Shown: piece by piece, positions 1 to 10,294 of the stretch
Layout of the letters: each line of letters starts with the position of its first letter
Position numbering within the stretch: the stretch's first letter is position 1
Source of the DNA: Nitrososphaeria archaeon
GTDB taxonomy: Archaea; Thermoproteota; Nitrososphaeria; JACIWG01
Assembly (NCBI GenBank): GCA_049969935.1
Contig: JBMFNX010000001.1
Span: 1,265 to 65,264 of the forward strand
Length of the DNA stretch: 64,000 bases
Direction: 5' to 3'
The notes under the pieces: generated by a model
What the model was told of the DNA's origin: nothing
The model's database searches: none
What the model saw: only the letters and a program-made list of their open reading frames with translations
Position numbers and translations under genes: made by a program

Positions 1-551
1 CCCAAAACTTCTCCAATGTCGTAAACTAATTTCCTAATATATGTTCCAGCTTCACAAGTAACCTTTACCACAAGAAGACGTCCTAACTTTTCTATCAAAT
101 TTATTTGATAGATCTTTTTGGTCCTTGTAACCCTTTTAACACTTGACCTTTGCGGAGGACGTTGATAAATTGTACCAGTAAAATCCTTGAAAACGTCCAA
201 AATTTTTTTTTCTTGCACATCATTATGCAATCTTATTACCGTAATGTATTCTTTTGGACCAAGTAAAAACAGGCCTAAAGCCTTTGTAGCATTACCTAAT
301 GCAATAGGTAATACACCCGATACTGGCGGATCTAGTGTTCCACTATGTCCTGCCTTTTCAATCTGCAACATTCTCCTTACCCATGCTACAACTTCATGAC
401 TTGATGGCCCCCGAGGTTTATCAAGTGGTATGAATCCATAGTTAAGGTATACGTTGATTGGTCTTTTTTGAGGAAAGAAACCGTAGTCTAAATTTGTTAC
501 TTCATCCGATAAAAGTGTATATTCCTCGCTGCCCAGATTTTCTGACATCAT
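1..551 (-). CDS. cbf5: H/ACA RNP / tRNA pseudouridine synthase Cbf5 (3' end beyond window)
   Basis: Not in ORF track; manual translation from ATG 551: MMSENLGSEE...LDKPRGPSSHEVVAWVRR...AGHSGTLDPPVSGVL (TruB/Cbf5 motifs); follows cmk as usual. Confidence 0.95.
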   Translation of the reverse strand, partial: MMSENLGSEEYTLLSDEVTNLDYGFFPQKRPINVYLNYGFIPLDKPRGPSSHEVVAWVRRMLQIEKAGHSGTLDPPVSGVLPIALGNATKALGLFLLGPKEYITVIRLHNDVQEKKILDVFKDFTGTIYQRPPQRSSVKRVTRTKKIYQINLIEKLGRLLVVKVTCEAGTYIRKLVYDIGEVL

Positions 552-552
552 G

Positions 553-1116
553 TTACACCAGTATATTCTTTAACTTAAATTGTATGTATAATTTAAGTAT
601 TAAAAAGATTTCATCTTCACCTAAGTCTTCAGTAGATAAGACAATATGGCACACGTCCTTCACATCAGAAATGGATAAGCCATAATATTTTTTAAAACGA
701 TTTATTTCACTTGCCTCCCTAGCCATTGTTTCTTCAAAAGCTTCGTTGTAGGATTTTCTATCTCTTTTTGCAATCCTTTCAATTCTAACTTTATCAGGAG
801 CAGAAAGGAATATTCTAATCAATGCTATGTCCTTTAGAAACCATGCACACAACATCGAGTCTACAACAACATTACCTTTAATACCTTCTTCTATTATTCG
901 GCCATCAATCAATTTATCTATTTCGTCAGACAATTCAGCATTTTTAGACAATTCTATAAGAGACAGCCCCTTTTCCTGGGCTAAACTTCTAAAGATTGCG
1001 CCACCAGACACATGTCTAAGACCAAAGGCTTCCGCTATACGCTTAGCTTGCACAGTTTTACCTACACCATGGAGACCGCTTACTGCAATAACAATATTTT
1101 TGTTTCCTCTATTCAA
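553..1116 (-). CDS. cmk: cytidylate kinase
   Basis: P-loop SGLHGVGKT, SGGAIFR, RIAKRD; conserved position downstream of secY. Confidence 0.92.
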   Translation of the reverse strand: MNRGNKNIVIAVSGLHGVGKTVQAKRIAEAFGLRHVSGGAIFRSLAQEKGLSLIELSKNAELSDEIDKLIDGRIIEEGIKGNVVVDSMLCAWFLKDIALIRIFLSAPDKVRIERIAKRDRKSYNEAFEETMAREASEINRFKKYYGLSISDVKDVCHIVLSTEDLGEDEIFLILKLYIQFKLKNILV

Positions 1117-1597
1117 TGCTTGTCCCCACCAATTTAGTTATGATCGTTGCAAAAGCAAACGAGGTTATAAGGTACCACCAAAAAAGCTGTAGCCTATCTC
1201 CTATGAATGGCAATGGTAAAGGAGAGATGGCGACTGTAGTGGTGGGACCTATAAGTGATGAAATAAATATGTATATAAACCAGAAAGGTATTAGGAAAAT
1301 AAATGTTGCCTTAAGCCTCTGGTTTGAGGACTTTATTTCCATTTGCTGGATACTTTTCTCCTTTTTTCTAAGCTTCTCTTCTCTTGCCTTATCACCCTTT
1401 TTTATGGCATCCAGTAGCTCTTTCCTAAAGGCTTTAGCCTCTCTAGCAACTCTTCTTGCTTCCTCTATATCGACGAGGAGACGTACGGCAACCTGTGAAA
1501 CAAAGTTGAGGCCTATAGATGTTATTATTATTAATATTGTTGAGTAGGGGATTTGATTCCATGCTATTTCGAGTATCATAAGTATTATCAGCTCCAA
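1109..1597 (-). CDS. DUF106 / EMC3-TMCO1 (Oxa1 superfamily) membrane protein
   Basis: TM helix, coiled coil, two more TM helices, C-terminal WWYLITS; position after secY. Confidence 0.88.
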   Translation of the reverse strand: MELIILMILEIAWNQIPYSTILIIITSIGLNFVSQVAVRLLVDIEEARRVAREAKAFRKELLDAIKKGDKAREEKLRKKEKSIQQMEIKSSNQRLKATFIFLIPFWFIYIFISSLIGPTTTVAISPLPLPFIGDRLQLFWWYLITSFAFATIITKLVGTSIE

Positions 1598-1643
1598 TCA
1601 TAGTAATATAATAACTTTAAATAATTTTATTGAACAAAAAACT

Positions 1644-3062
1644 TTAACTTCTACCCAGCACTTTACCTAGCATGGGCATAAAAGTTTCTATTTCTTCACT
1701 AACAAGTGTCTGATAATATTGTATACCTATATCAACCATTAAAAGGATACCGATACCCGAGCCTAGGACAGAAAAAAGGTCTGAGAAGGCGGCTAAAAGA
1801 CCAATGAATATTCCTCCAAGAATCGTCAGTGTAGGTATATATCGGTTTAAAAGTTGGCTAATACTCAACTCGGACCTCCTGAATCCGGGAACTTGAACCC
1901 CTGCATCAACAAGACTTTTAGCCACCTTATCAGCCGATAAGCCTCCGATTTCAACCCATATTTTTGCAAAAAGTACTGAAAAACAGACTAACAATAGTGT
2001 AAATATAATAGCGTGTAATGGGTCAGCTTGAACCGCTGATAAACCGCGTGGGGCAGTAATATAGTAGGCTAATCCACCGATTGGAGCGTTTGTTGTCCTA
2101 TTAAAGGTGCCAAACAAATTTAATATTGGATTACTGTTTTCAGGATTAAGTCTTGCCCAAATCAATTGTGTAAAAAAGGTTATGTTCGTCAGTAGAGCTG
2201 AAGTCAATATTATGGGGATGTTTGAAACGTAAAGGAATTTTATTGGATATACTCCACTGAACCCCCTATATCTTGCAGACGTTATTGGAACTTCAACTCT
2301 TAATCCTTCAACATAAACTATTAATAGAATCACAAGTAAAGTTAATATTACAGTGAGAAGGGAGGGGAAACCTGAGCTTCTATAGAATATCCCGTTAAAA
2401 CCTGAGGATGCCTTTGCTACAACATATGGAATAAAACCGTATGGGGCTGTAACATTATTCGATTCCATTACAGGGTATGGGCTGAAGAGACCCCATGCAA
2501 TCTGTACAGCAGCACCAGCGAAAATAAAAAGGCTTATACCACTTCCAACACCCCATCCTTTTTGAACTAATTCATCTAATAGCATAACGATTATTGTTGC
2601 AGAAAAGAGTTGGAAAAGTATTATTAGAGAAGTCTGCGGCGTTAGATTTAGTCCAAATGCACCACCAAGTATGTATGCAGAACATTCCATAATAGCCACT
2701 ATTATTGTTAAAAATTTTGTTGTAGCCGTAAAGAGAGCCCTATCCTCACTTTTTGTTAAGTCGAGTTTGATTATATCTGCACCTTGCAATAGTTGGGCAA
2801 TTAAGCCTGCGGTCACAATTGGACCTATACCCAATTCCATAAGGGTTCCCCTTGCTGAAGCAAAAATAATTCTAGTATAAACTAGTGGGTCACTGCTACC
2901 CTTTATTACACCATAGAGTGGAGTTTCAACCATTATAAAATATATTACCAGAACCGCAGCGGTCCACAGCAGCCTTTCTTTAAGAGAAAGTTTCCTAATT
3001 GGTTTAGGGACTTCAGGTATTACTGTCGAAAAGCTCTTTATAAAGTCGGCTAAAGCACCCAA
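1644..3062 (-). CDS. secY: protein translocase subunit SecY
   Basis: LMELGIGPIVTA, GWGVGSGISLFI, YPIKFLYVSNIP motifs; about 10 TM helices. Confidence 0.99.
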   Translation of the reverse strand: MGALADFIKSFSTVIPEVPKPIRKLSLKERLLWTAAVLVIYFIMVETPLYGVIKGSSDPLVYTRIIFASARGTLMELGIGPIVTAGLIAQLLQGADIIKLDLTKSEDRALFTATTKFLTIIVAIMECSAYILGGAFGLNLTPQTSLIILFQLFSATIIVMLLDELVQKGWGVGSGISLFIFAGAAVQIAWGLFSPYPVMESNNVTAPYGFIPYVVAKASSGFNGIFYRSSGFPSLLTVILTLLVILLIVYVEGLRVEVPITSARYRGFSGVYPIKFLYVSNIPIILTSALLTNITFFTQLIWARLNPENSNPILNLFGTFNRTTNAPIGGLAYYITAPRGLSAVQADPLHAIIFTLLLVCFSVLFAKIWVEIGGLSADKVAKSLVDAGVQVPGFRRSELSISQLLNRYIPTLTILGGIFIGLLAAFSDLFSVLGSGIGILLMVDIGIQYYQTLVSEEIETFMPMLGKVLGRS

Positions 3063-3064
3063 TA

Positions 3065-3502
3065 TTACTTCAACCCTTCAATAAAACCTCCTGCCGATAA
3101 AATTTTTTCCTTCGCAGACTTTGTAAACCTTTCTACAATAACATGGTATGCGCCAGAAACTGAGCCGGCACCAAGAAGTTTTTCGTACCCCAGTGAAGAA
3201 AGATTCAATACGGGTCTGCCTTCAATGGTTTCTAAGGGAGAGGCTGAGGCTAGGCTCTTGTATAGCTTATCAAGTGAACCAATATTTATCCAACGTTTTG
3301 GCTTAAAACTTTTTGGAGGACGCATATCATCTTTGCCAAAATGGTCTGGCGCATATTTTATGGTCCAACTCCACTTATGCTTATGTAGTCCAGCGTTTCC
3401 AACGCCACCTTTTTGGCCTGATGCTCTATGCTGTGATACCTGCCCCCATCCATGGGTTCTTGAACCACGCATTTTTCTAACCTTTCTCAATCTGGTAGGC
3501 AT
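3065..3502 (-). CDS. rpl15: 50S ribosomal protein uL15
   Basis: RGSRTHGWG, GGVGNAG, KLLGAG motifs. Confidence 0.98.
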   Translation of the reverse strand: MPTRLRKVRKMRGSRTHGWGQVSQHRASGQKGGVGNAGLHKHKWSWTIKYAPDHFGKDDMRPPKSFKPKRWINIGSLDKLYKSLASASPLETIEGRPVLNLSSLGYEKLLGAGSVSGAYHVIVERFTKSAKEKILSAGGFIEGLK

Positions 3503-3521
3503 ACTCTAAACACCCTACTAT

Positions 3522-4007
3522 TCATACTTTATTTAGTTTAATTTCAAGGATACCGTTCCGATATTCTGATTTTAAGGAACTTATGTCTATAGCATTGGGT
3601 AATGGTATAACCTTTTTATACCTTCTTTTTTCAGAAGATGCTAAAATGTATAGTTTATTCTTTTTTACAGAAATACGTATGTTTTCCTTGTTCACGCCTG
3701 GAAGTTCAACTATTACAATTAGATCTTTTTCTCTTTCAATCATGTCTGTGAGAGGTATTCTTAGATTATTCTCGTTTTTAGTGTAAGATGATCTTATATG
3801 ACCAAATTTTCCAATTTCCGGTTTACCATCGGGTCCTATTATAAATGAGAAGCCGTATACGTAAGGACCTTCGACTTTATTTTTTTCTTTCTCCAAGTCA
3901 ATAGTGTCAATGTATTTTGACATTTCATCTAGAAGTTCATCAAACTTTTTTTCAAACTCATCGAATACGTCAAACCATTTCTTCTTTTTATCGTTTTTAT
4001 CCGCCAT
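3522..4007 (-). CDS. hsp20: archaeal small heat shock protein Hsp20
   Basis: GPYVYGFS..GPDGKP, ELPGVNKENI, YRNGILEIKL alpha-crystallin motifs. Confidence 0.93.
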   Translation of the reverse strand: MADKNDKKKKWFDVFDEFEKKFDELLDEMSKYIDTIDLEKEKNKVEGPYVYGFSFIIGPDGKPEIGKFGHIRSSYTKNENNLRIPLTDMIEREKDLIVIVELPGVNKENIRISVKKNKLYILASSEKRRYKKVIPLPNAIDISSLKSEYRNGILEIKLNKV

Positions 4008-4026
4008 GGTTATCTTACCCTAAAAT

Positions 4027-4491
4027 TTATAGCATTCTTGCAACAATCGATAATATTTCCTTATTTTCACCTAAAACACCCTTCTGTTGATAGGGTTTTT
4101 TGGTCGACCTTTTAAATCCACCTTTTGGTGGAGCAAGATTAAAGTATGGTTTAATTACTTTTAGTTCAGAAAATTTTTTGTTACCATCCAATATTGCCTT
4201 AACAAGCTCGTCCAAATTATCGAATCCTTCAAGTTTTGCGACTGAATCATCTACTCGTCTACCTCCAACAGTTTTACCTCTCTTTAGTAAAAGTTGTTTT
4301 GTGGTTTCAAAATCAATTTCACCCCACATAATATGGTCTTTGGCTTTATCCAACATTCCCAAATAATATTCATTTTTTGGCACTATAGTTGCACTATATC
4401 TTCTCTTTAACCTCAAAAGATCAAGCGTTTTCTTTACATCATATCTTACATTTATAGTGCCTCTTACTCTAATCACTAGTAGTTGAGCCAA
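4027..4491 (-). CDS. rpl30: 50S ribosomal protein uL30
   Basis: VIRVRG, TLDLLRL, LAPPKGGF; TTG start chosen after SD GAGGTGA. Confidence 0.97.
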   Translation of the reverse strand: MAQLLVIRVRGTINVRYDVKKTLDLLRLKRRYSATIVPKNEYYLGMLDKAKDHIMWGEIDFETTKQLLLKRGKTVGGRRVDDSVAKLEGFDNLDELVKAILDGNKKFSELKVIKPYFNLAPPKGGFKRSTKKPYQQKGVLGENKEILSIVARML

Positions 4492-4496
4492 AAATT

Positions 4497-5123
4497 TCAC
4501 CTCTTAACAAAATTATGGAGATTTCTTAGGGCATCGTAAACAGCATAGGCTATAGAGGGGTAAGTGCTAGTCGTACCATATGTTCTTGTCCAAGCATCTT
4601 TTACTCCTGCAAGAGAAAGGAGTTTTTTAATATTTTCTCCTGCAACCAGTCCAAGACCTCTTGGCCCAGGTATAAGTTCGATTCTAACACTTCCACATTT
4701 GCCAGCAACTTTATATGGAATTGAATGTGGTTGATTACATCTGCATTCCCAACTACCACAACCTAATGCTACTGGAATAACTTTTAGTAATGCATCATTT
4801 GTAGCCTTATCTACTGCTACACGCATTGTTGATGCCTTACCTGAACCTACTCCAAACCACCCATTACTATTACCTATGGCTAATACGACCCTAAATTTTG
4901 TGATTTCGCCAGCATCAGTTTGTTTTTGTACAACGGTAACGCCGACCACTTCTGTAGTGAGACCACTTACTAGGCTTTTAACTATTTCAGGCTCCTTGAT
5001 TTTATAACCTTGCTCAAACACTTCATGTAAGTCTGTTATTTTTCCTTCTGCTACAAGTTTGCCTAACTTTGTTCTTGGAATCCACGATTTTAAAGTGTCT
5101 TTTCCACCTTCTTGTGAACTCAT
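4497..5123 (-). CDS. rps5: 30S ribosomal protein uS5
   Basis: WIPRTKLGKLV, QKQTDAG, GCGSWEC motifs. Confidence 0.98.
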   Translation of the reverse strand: MSSQEGGKDTLKSWIPRTKLGKLVAEGKITDLHEVFEQGYKIKEPEIVKSLVSGLTTEVVGVTVVQKQTDAGEITKFRVVLAIGNSNGWFGVGSGKASTMRVAVDKATNDALLKVIPVALGCGSWECRCNQPHSIPYKVAGKCGSVRIELIPGPRGLGLVAGENIKKLLSLAGVKDAWTRTYGTTSTYPSIAYAVYDALRNLHNFVKR

Positions 5124-5713
5124 TTCGGCCAACCTCCACTTGCAATTATCTTTTGCTTAATTTCCTCAAAAATTTTAGGCATATCTTCAACATTAAAGCC
5201 CTCTCTAATATAGTTTGAAAACCTCTTATTATAAAGTGAGGGGTCAGTAGCTTTAAGCTTTTTTGCATATTCTACTATATGCTCACCCCTTATCCTTTCT
5301 TCATCAGGAAGGGTTTCAGGGTCAACTCTCACGTTCAAACCTGAATCTAGTAACCCTTTGATTACAGCGGTTGCTCTTGTTCCACTAATGTATGGTGAAA
5401 GACCCATGTAAACAATTATGTCCGAATTAATCTTATCCTTAGCTCTTAATCCAAGCATTAAACCAGCCAAATAGCATGCTGGAGTATTCTTTCTTGAAAA
5501 CGGCCAACCGAACTTTTGAAGCTGTTTGGTATGAACAGATGATATAACTTTGTCACCTTCAATTTCAGCTTTAACAAGTTGAAGCATAGCATTTTTGTTC
5601 GCTATACGGATTACAAGGAATGGAAGTTTACTTAAAAGGATTTTTTTCCTTACATGATAATTTGTTTTTCCCTCACGTCTCCGTCTAAAAATTTGAATAT
5701 ACTGTTTAGCCAA
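5120..5713 (-). CDS. rpl18: 50S ribosomal protein uL18
   Basis: RRRREGKTNY, NTPACYLAG, RIRGEHI. Confidence 0.98.
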   Translation of the reverse strand: MAKQYIQIFRRRREGKTNYHVRKKILLSKLPFLVIRIANKNAMLQLVKAEIEGDKVISSVHTKQLQKFGWPFSRKNTPACYLAGLMLGLRAKDKINSDIIVYMGLSPYISGTRATAVIKGLLDSGLNVRVDPETLPDEERIRGEHIVEYAKKLKATDPSLYNKRFSNYIREGFNVEDMPKIFEEIKQKIIASGGWPK

Positions 5714-5715
5714 CT

Positions 5716-6144
5716 CTATTCACCTCTTCTACCTAATTCTCTAGCGACCTCATCAAGTCTTTTGATGGTCCTAATTTGACCTCCTTTAACCCAACTATAG
5801 AGTTTCTTATAATTTTCCTTACTTATTATTCCATGCTCCAAAAGATATTTAAGATGACGCCTTAAAGCCCTTACCTTTTTCACCCAAACTTCTTTTTTAC
5901 CTTGTCTAGCACCTTTTGAACCTTTCCTGGAACCAGGTCCAGAACGTTTATCTTTTTTTACTCTAGCCCTCGAAACACCCCTTTTTTGGAGTACAATTAT
6001 AGCCTTCTCTTTAACAAGTGAACGTATTTCATCCCTTGTTATGGCATCACTTATACGTTCCGCAGCTTCCGGCATAAGTTTTATTCTTGAGACACCAACA
6101 CCCAATGTTCTGGCCACTAACTCTTTTTTACTTCTAAGATTCAT
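5716..6144 (-). CDS. rpl19e: 50S ribosomal protein eL19
   Basis: [26 protein letters not shown]. Confidence 0.98.
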   Translation of the reverse strand: MNLRSKKELVARTLGVGVSRIKLMPEAAERISDAITRDEIRSLVKEKAIIVLQKRGVSRARVKKDKRSGPGSRKGSKGARQGKKEVWVKKVRALRRHLKYLLEHGIISKENYKKLYSWVKGGQIRTIKRLDEVARELGRRGE

Positions 6145-6523
6145 TTCTATTCAACCTCACAGGATTTAATACATGTATACCAAGCTCTTTTGCCTTCTCA
6201 AATATTTCGATTCTTTTTTTGGCTCCAACTGTATGAGCAATTCTTGCAGCTTCAATTTTAGGATCCAGCTTTAGAAGTTCTTGCACATTATGGATAATAA
6301 CTTCCCTGAAACCTGATGGATGGAGACCTCTAATTTCTTTTGGGGAACCATATCCTACTTTTACCCTAGCAGGCCAGCCTTTATACTCTTTCCTCACCTT
6401 ATGGTCTATTCCCTTTGGTCGTCTCCAATTTGGTTTTATGCGAACATATCTCCAAGACTCAGGTCTAATAAAATCAGGCTTCTTCCTTTTCTCAATATTC
6501 TTTTTTAAGCTAGCTTCGCTCAT
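6134..6523 (-). CDS. rpl32e: 50S ribosomal protein eL32
   Basis: [21 protein letters not shown]; start moved to ATG 6523. Confidence 0.97.
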   Translation of the reverse strand: MSEASLKKNIEKRKKPDFIRPESWRYVRIKPNWRRPKGIDHKVRKEYKGWPARVKVGYGSPKEIRGLHPSGFREVIIHNVQELLKLDPKIEAARIAHTVGAKKRIEIFEKAKELGIHVLNPVRLNRNES

Positions 6524-7037
6524 AAAGATATACACCATCCAAGAAAACCCGCTGATCTTTACGCTTAACAACTGTTGCTTTTTCAATGTTTGCAGCCGTT
6601 TGACCCACATCTTCCTTTGATATCCCCCTAACTATAACATCGTCACCTTCAACAGTTACTTGGCAGTCGCCAACAATCTTTGCAATTCTAGGATGCTTTT
6701 CACCATAAAAGTTTTCAATATGAACTTCTTTACCTTTAACTTTAATGGATACTGGAAAATGTGCTGAAACAATTTTAAGTTTGTAAGTGTATCCCCTTGT
6801 TACTCCCACAAACATATTCTTTATTATTGATGCAGCTGTACCAAGAACCGCTACATCTTTCCTCTTATCACTATATGAGACTAATTTTATCTTATTGGAG
6901 TTGACAGATATGTTAACCTTTATTTTAGAAAAATCTTTACTCACTTGACCCAATGGCCCTCTAACATACAATATATTATTTTCAAATTTTACGGAAAGAT
7001 TTTCTGGCACTTGAATTATTTGTTCAGCCATGGGCAA
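6510..7037 (-). CDS. rpl6: 50S ribosomal protein uL6
   Basis: [31 protein letters not shown]. Confidence 0.98.
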   Translation of the reverse strand: MPMAEQIIQVPENLSVKFENNILYVRGPLGQVSKDFSKIKVNISVNSNKIKLVSYSDKRKDVAVLGTAASIIKNMFVGVTRGYTYKLKIVSAHFPVSIKVKGKEVHIENFYGEKHPRIAKIVGDCQVTVEGDDVIVRGISKEDVGQTAANIEKATVVKRKDQRVFLDGVYLYERS

Positions 7038-7041
7038 TCAC

Positions 7042-7434
7042 CTAATACACATATCCTAAAAGTTTTCCCCCCAAACCTTTCTCCTTGGCTTCAATCTGTG
7101 ACATCACACCCTGTGGAGTTGTTACAATTAATATTCCATAATTGAATGCTGGAAGATACCTTCTTTCCCAAAAGTCATATTCGTTCTTTTTAACACTAAA
7201 TCTTGGAGATATAACACCACACTTTACTATCCTTCCAAGAAGCTGGATTCTAAACTTTCCACCTCGCCCGTCATCAATTTGCTCGAATTCACCTATATAG
7301 CCATATTTCTGAAGTATTCTCAGAACTTCTCTAGCCAAATTTGAAGTCGGGTGAACTATACATTCCTTTTTTCTCCTTAATTCATTATTATATATTGTTG
7401 TGAAAAGGTTTGCTAGAACATTTTTTGCCGGCAT
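7042..7434 (-). CDS. rps8: 30S ribosomal protein uS8
   Basis: GYIGEFE.IDDGRGG, CGVISPRF, GGKLLGYVY. Confidence 0.98.
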   Translation of the reverse strand: MPAKNVLANLFTTIYNNELRRKKECIVHPTSNLAREVLRILQKYGYIGEFEQIDDGRGGKFRIQLLGRIVKCGVISPRFSVKKNEYDFWERRYLPAFNYGILIVTTPQGVMSQIEAKEKGLGGKLLGYVY

Positions 7435-7445
7435 AAATTTTTCAC

Positions 7446-7610
7446 CTACTCATATTTTCTGAAACCAAGCTTTTCAGCAATTTCTCTAAAACATTGGCGA
7501 CAGTAGAATAGATTGTACATTTGTATTACTGGACCGTATGCACCACATCTTCTGCAAATTCTTGAGCCCTTTCCAAACTTTCTTGGCTTCCCATGCCTTA
7601 TCTTAGCCAA
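7446..7610 (-). CDS. rps14: 30S ribosomal protein uS14 (zinc-binding)
   Basis: Not in ORF track; manual translation from TTG: [54 protein letters not shown]. Confidence 0.97.
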   Translation of the reverse strand: MAKIRHGKPRKFGKGSRICRRCGAYGPVIQMYNLFYCRQCFREIAEKLGFRKYE

Positions 7611-8135
7611 CTAGACCACCTCCACACTAAACATTTCTTTCATAAACTTTATGGCATCTTCCTTAGTAATCCTATGCGATTTACCCACCTTTGAAGGACA
7701 ACGTCTTCTCCTTTCAATTCTATATCCAGGACGCTCCAACTTTATACAAACATCTAACCCAAAAATACCTAGCTCAGGATCATATTTTATGCCAGGTATT
7801 TCAATATGTTCTTTGATCCCAAATGAGACGTTACCTTCATTATCAAATGATGAAGATGAAAGTTTCAGACCTTTAGCAAGCAAAAGCTTCTTTAAAACAT
7901 CTACAGCCCTATTTTTCATCAACGTTACCTTAACACCTATTGCCTCACCCTTTCTTATGCCAAAGTCTCTTATCGTCTTCTTTGCATAGGTTAATGTTGG
8001 TTCTTGACCACTAATCTGTTTTAGGACAGTTCTAGCCTTTTCAACAGCTTCCCCTGAGCGACCAACACCAATGTTTAAAACCACCTTATGAACAAAGATT
8101 CTCTTCATCGGATTTTCAACAACTTGAACTGACAT
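7611..8135 (-). CDS. rpl5: 50S ribosomal protein uL5
   Basis: NPMKRI, FGIRKGEAIG, GNVSFGIKEHI. Confidence 0.98.
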   Translation of the reverse strand: MSVQVVENPMKRIFVHKVVLNIGVGRSGEAVEKARTVLKQISGQEPTLTYAKKTIRDFGIRKGEAIGVKVTLMKNRAVDVLKKLLLAKGLKLSSSSFDNEGNVSFGIKEHIEIPGIKYDPELGIFGLDVCIKLERPGYRIERRRRCPSKVGKSHRITKEDAIKFMKEMFSVEVV

Positions 8136-8137
8136 AA

Positions 8138-8869
8138 TTACTCACCTACTTCAACAGGTAGTAGGGGTTTATCCTTTCCCACCACTAAAAGTACGCGTAA
8201 AGGAACTCGAACTGTTTCCCCTTCAACATAAACTTCCGCAGATTTTTCTGAAGAGAAGGTTCCTTTTACTAAATCATTTACGGTTCCAATTTTGCCAATA
8301 TGCTTACCTTTTAAGAATAGGACAAGTGAGCCTTTTTCAAGTTTAACCTTATCTACAAGCTTGCCTTCCGGAATTGTGATGAGAACACTGTCACCTATAT
8401 TTAGACCGAGATCTTCTTCAGATAAAATGGTTCTACCATCATGTAGGCCATAAGAAAATTTATTAGATTTAACCTTGTTCTTAGACTTTACTTTACACAA
8501 TTTAAGTTTTGCGGACTCAGAGTCTATTTCTTTGGGAAAAAGCATCGCCTTTTTGGAAGGAAGCATACGATAGAATTTATTCATGGAAGGAATATGTATT
8601 ACGTCCATTAACCCTACAGGAAATTTTTTGTCCATCCTGACAACACCATCAACAAGAATTTTTCCAGAATTTATGACATACCTTGCTTCCCTCATATTCT
8701 TTACAACTTTTAAGACATCTCTTAAAAGAATTGCTAGTGAATAGCTTTCATTAATTGGATGAGGCCCAGGAGACGGTTTAACAACAAACTGTCCAAGTTT
8801 TCGAGGAATTTTCCAGAATGAGGGGGCAGCACTTCTTTTCATATGCCTTGAGGAACCCATACTACCCAT
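8138..8869 (-). CDS. rps4e: 30S ribosomal protein eS4
   Basis: HMKRSAAP, PSPGPH, FPVGLMDVI, LHDGRTI. Confidence 0.98.
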   Translation of the reverse strand: MGSMGSSRHMKRSAAPSFWKIPRKLGQFVVKPSPGPHPINESYSLAILLRDVLKVVKNMREARYVINSGKILVDGVVRMDKKFPVGLMDVIHIPSMNKFYRMLPSKKAMLFPKEIDSESAKLKLCKVKSKNKVKSNKFSYGLHDGRTILSEEDLGLNIGDSVLITIPEGKLVDKVKLEKGSLVLFLKGKHIGKIGTVNDLVKGTFSSEKSAEVYVEGETVRVPLRVLLVVGKDKPLLPVEVGE

Positions 8870-9246
8870 TACTTAACAACCTCCACCTTACCAATTTTTG
8901 ATTCAAGCCTTTCTTTTCTTAGTTTATCATCAAGATTTAATGATGTAATAATCACTTTGGACGCATGTATTTTAACAGGAATCTGTTCTCCTCTAACATT
9001 TTCTCTAAAAACACCTTCAACAGTAATTCGTCCAGTTTTAATATTCACTGAAGTCACTTTACCCTCAACTCCTGCATATTCGCCTCGAACGATTTTAACA
9101 GAATCACCCTTTCTAACACGTACTGTTTTTATTCCATACTTTGAACGCAGCTCGTCAGATAAACGAGCATTTAACATTTTATTCTTAATATGCCATGGCG
9201 CATATAATGTTCTTTTTCTAACTTTAGAAGGTTTTACAGAAGACAT
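8869..9246 (-). CDS. rpl24: 50S ribosomal protein uL24
   Basis: VRKGDSVKIVRG KOW motif, IHASKV. Confidence 0.97.
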   Translation of the reverse strand: MSSVKPSKVRKRTLYAPWHIKNKMLNARLSDELRSKYGIKTVRVRKGDSVKIVRGEYAGVEGKVTSVNIKTGRITVEGVFRENVRGEQIPVKIHASKVIITSLNLDDKLRKERLESKIGKVEVVK

Positions 9247-9257
9247 AATTATCACCA

Positions 9258-9692
9258 TCATATTATCATAGACGAAAGACTCGCGATTCTAGGCCATCTT
9301 TCAGCAGCCTCTGAAGCTACTGGCCCCTTTATTTCGGTACCTTTAACTTCACCTTCAGGCGTTATTAATATAGCGGCATTGTCTTCAAAAGATATTCGGA
9401 CACCTGAAACTCTTCTTATAGGATATTTTTGCCTTATAACTACAGCGGGAAAAACTTGCTTTCTCATGTCAGGTGGACCCTTTTTAACAACAACATTAAT
9501 TTTATCACCAACAGAGGCTGCTGGAAGTCTTCTTAATCTTCCTTTATACTGGAGAACTTGGACAACCTTTAATGTCTTTGCACCTGTATTATCTGCACAA
9601 TTTATTACTGCATTTACAGGAATAGCACGGGTTATGTAAGGTTTAAATTCTTGTGCACCTTTTGCCGAAACGGCCCTAGATTTTGTGGACAT
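9258..9692 (-). CDS. rpl14: 50S ribosomal protein uL14
   Basis: CADNTGAK, FEDNAA, IKGPVASEAAERWP. Confidence 0.98.
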   Translation of the reverse strand: MSTKSRAVSAKGAQEFKPYITRAIPVNAVINCADNTGAKTLKVVQVLQYKGRLRRLPAASVGDKINVVVKKGPPDMRKQVFPAVVIRQKYPIRRVSGVRISFEDNAAILITPEGEVKGTEIKGPVASEAAERWPRIASLSSMII

Positions 9693-10027
9693 CAGCTCAC
9701 ACCCCTATTTTCTACCACAACAAAAGAAATTGTTTTTGATAGTGGTCTACATTCGGCGAGCAAAACATTATCTCCAGGTTGGACTGGAATACATTCAGGA
9801 AGTCTGGCATGAATTTTTTTTCTAACCCTATAATATCGATTATATTTTTTAGAAAAACGAATGAGCTCTTTTTCAATTACAACCATATTTTTAGCTTTGC
9901 AGCTTACTACCTTCCCTTCTTGAAGGATTCCCCTAACAGGCAAATGGCCATGAAATGGACAAAGTGGATCATTACATACCCTTTCAGGAGGTTTAACTGG
10001 TAACCCAATATTTTTCAACATGATCAC
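9692..10027 (-). CDS. rps17: 30S ribosomal protein uS17
   Basis: CNDPLCPFHG, ECRPLSKT. Confidence 0.98.
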   Translation of the reverse strand: MIMLKNIGLPVKPPERVCNDPLCPFHGHLPVRGILQEGKVVSCKAKNMVVIEKELIRFSKKYNRYYRVRKKIHARLPECIPVQPGDNVLLAECRPLSKTISFVVVENRGVS

Positions 10028-10293
10028 CTCATCTTAGATAGTCGGCTTTCAGGTCTACCCATAATCGAAACACCTGATAGTTTTATTGGGGATCCTGATG
10101 GTAAGATGAATTCGAATACACTTACCTTTTTAGGTACAGCACGAACCTTTGTCCCATCATCAATGTATAACATGTTTTTTGTTTCCATAACAACTTTCCC
10201 ACTTACTCCTACTAAATTCTTTATTCTAGAATCAACAACTTTTGTTTGCAAACATATTAGTTCATGATAAAATATGTTTTTTGGCGTTATCAT
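10024..10293 (-). CDS. rnp1: ribonuclease P protein component 1 (Rpp29/Pop4)
   Basis: ITPKNIFYHELI, GKVVMETKNML, GRPESR; canonical position between uL29 and uS17. Confidence 0.95.
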   Translation of the reverse strand: MITPKNIFYHELICLQTKVVDSRIKNLVGVSGKVVMETKNMLYIDDGTKVRAVPKKVSVFEFILPSGSPIKLSGVSIMGRPESRLSKMR

Positions 10294-10294
10294 T

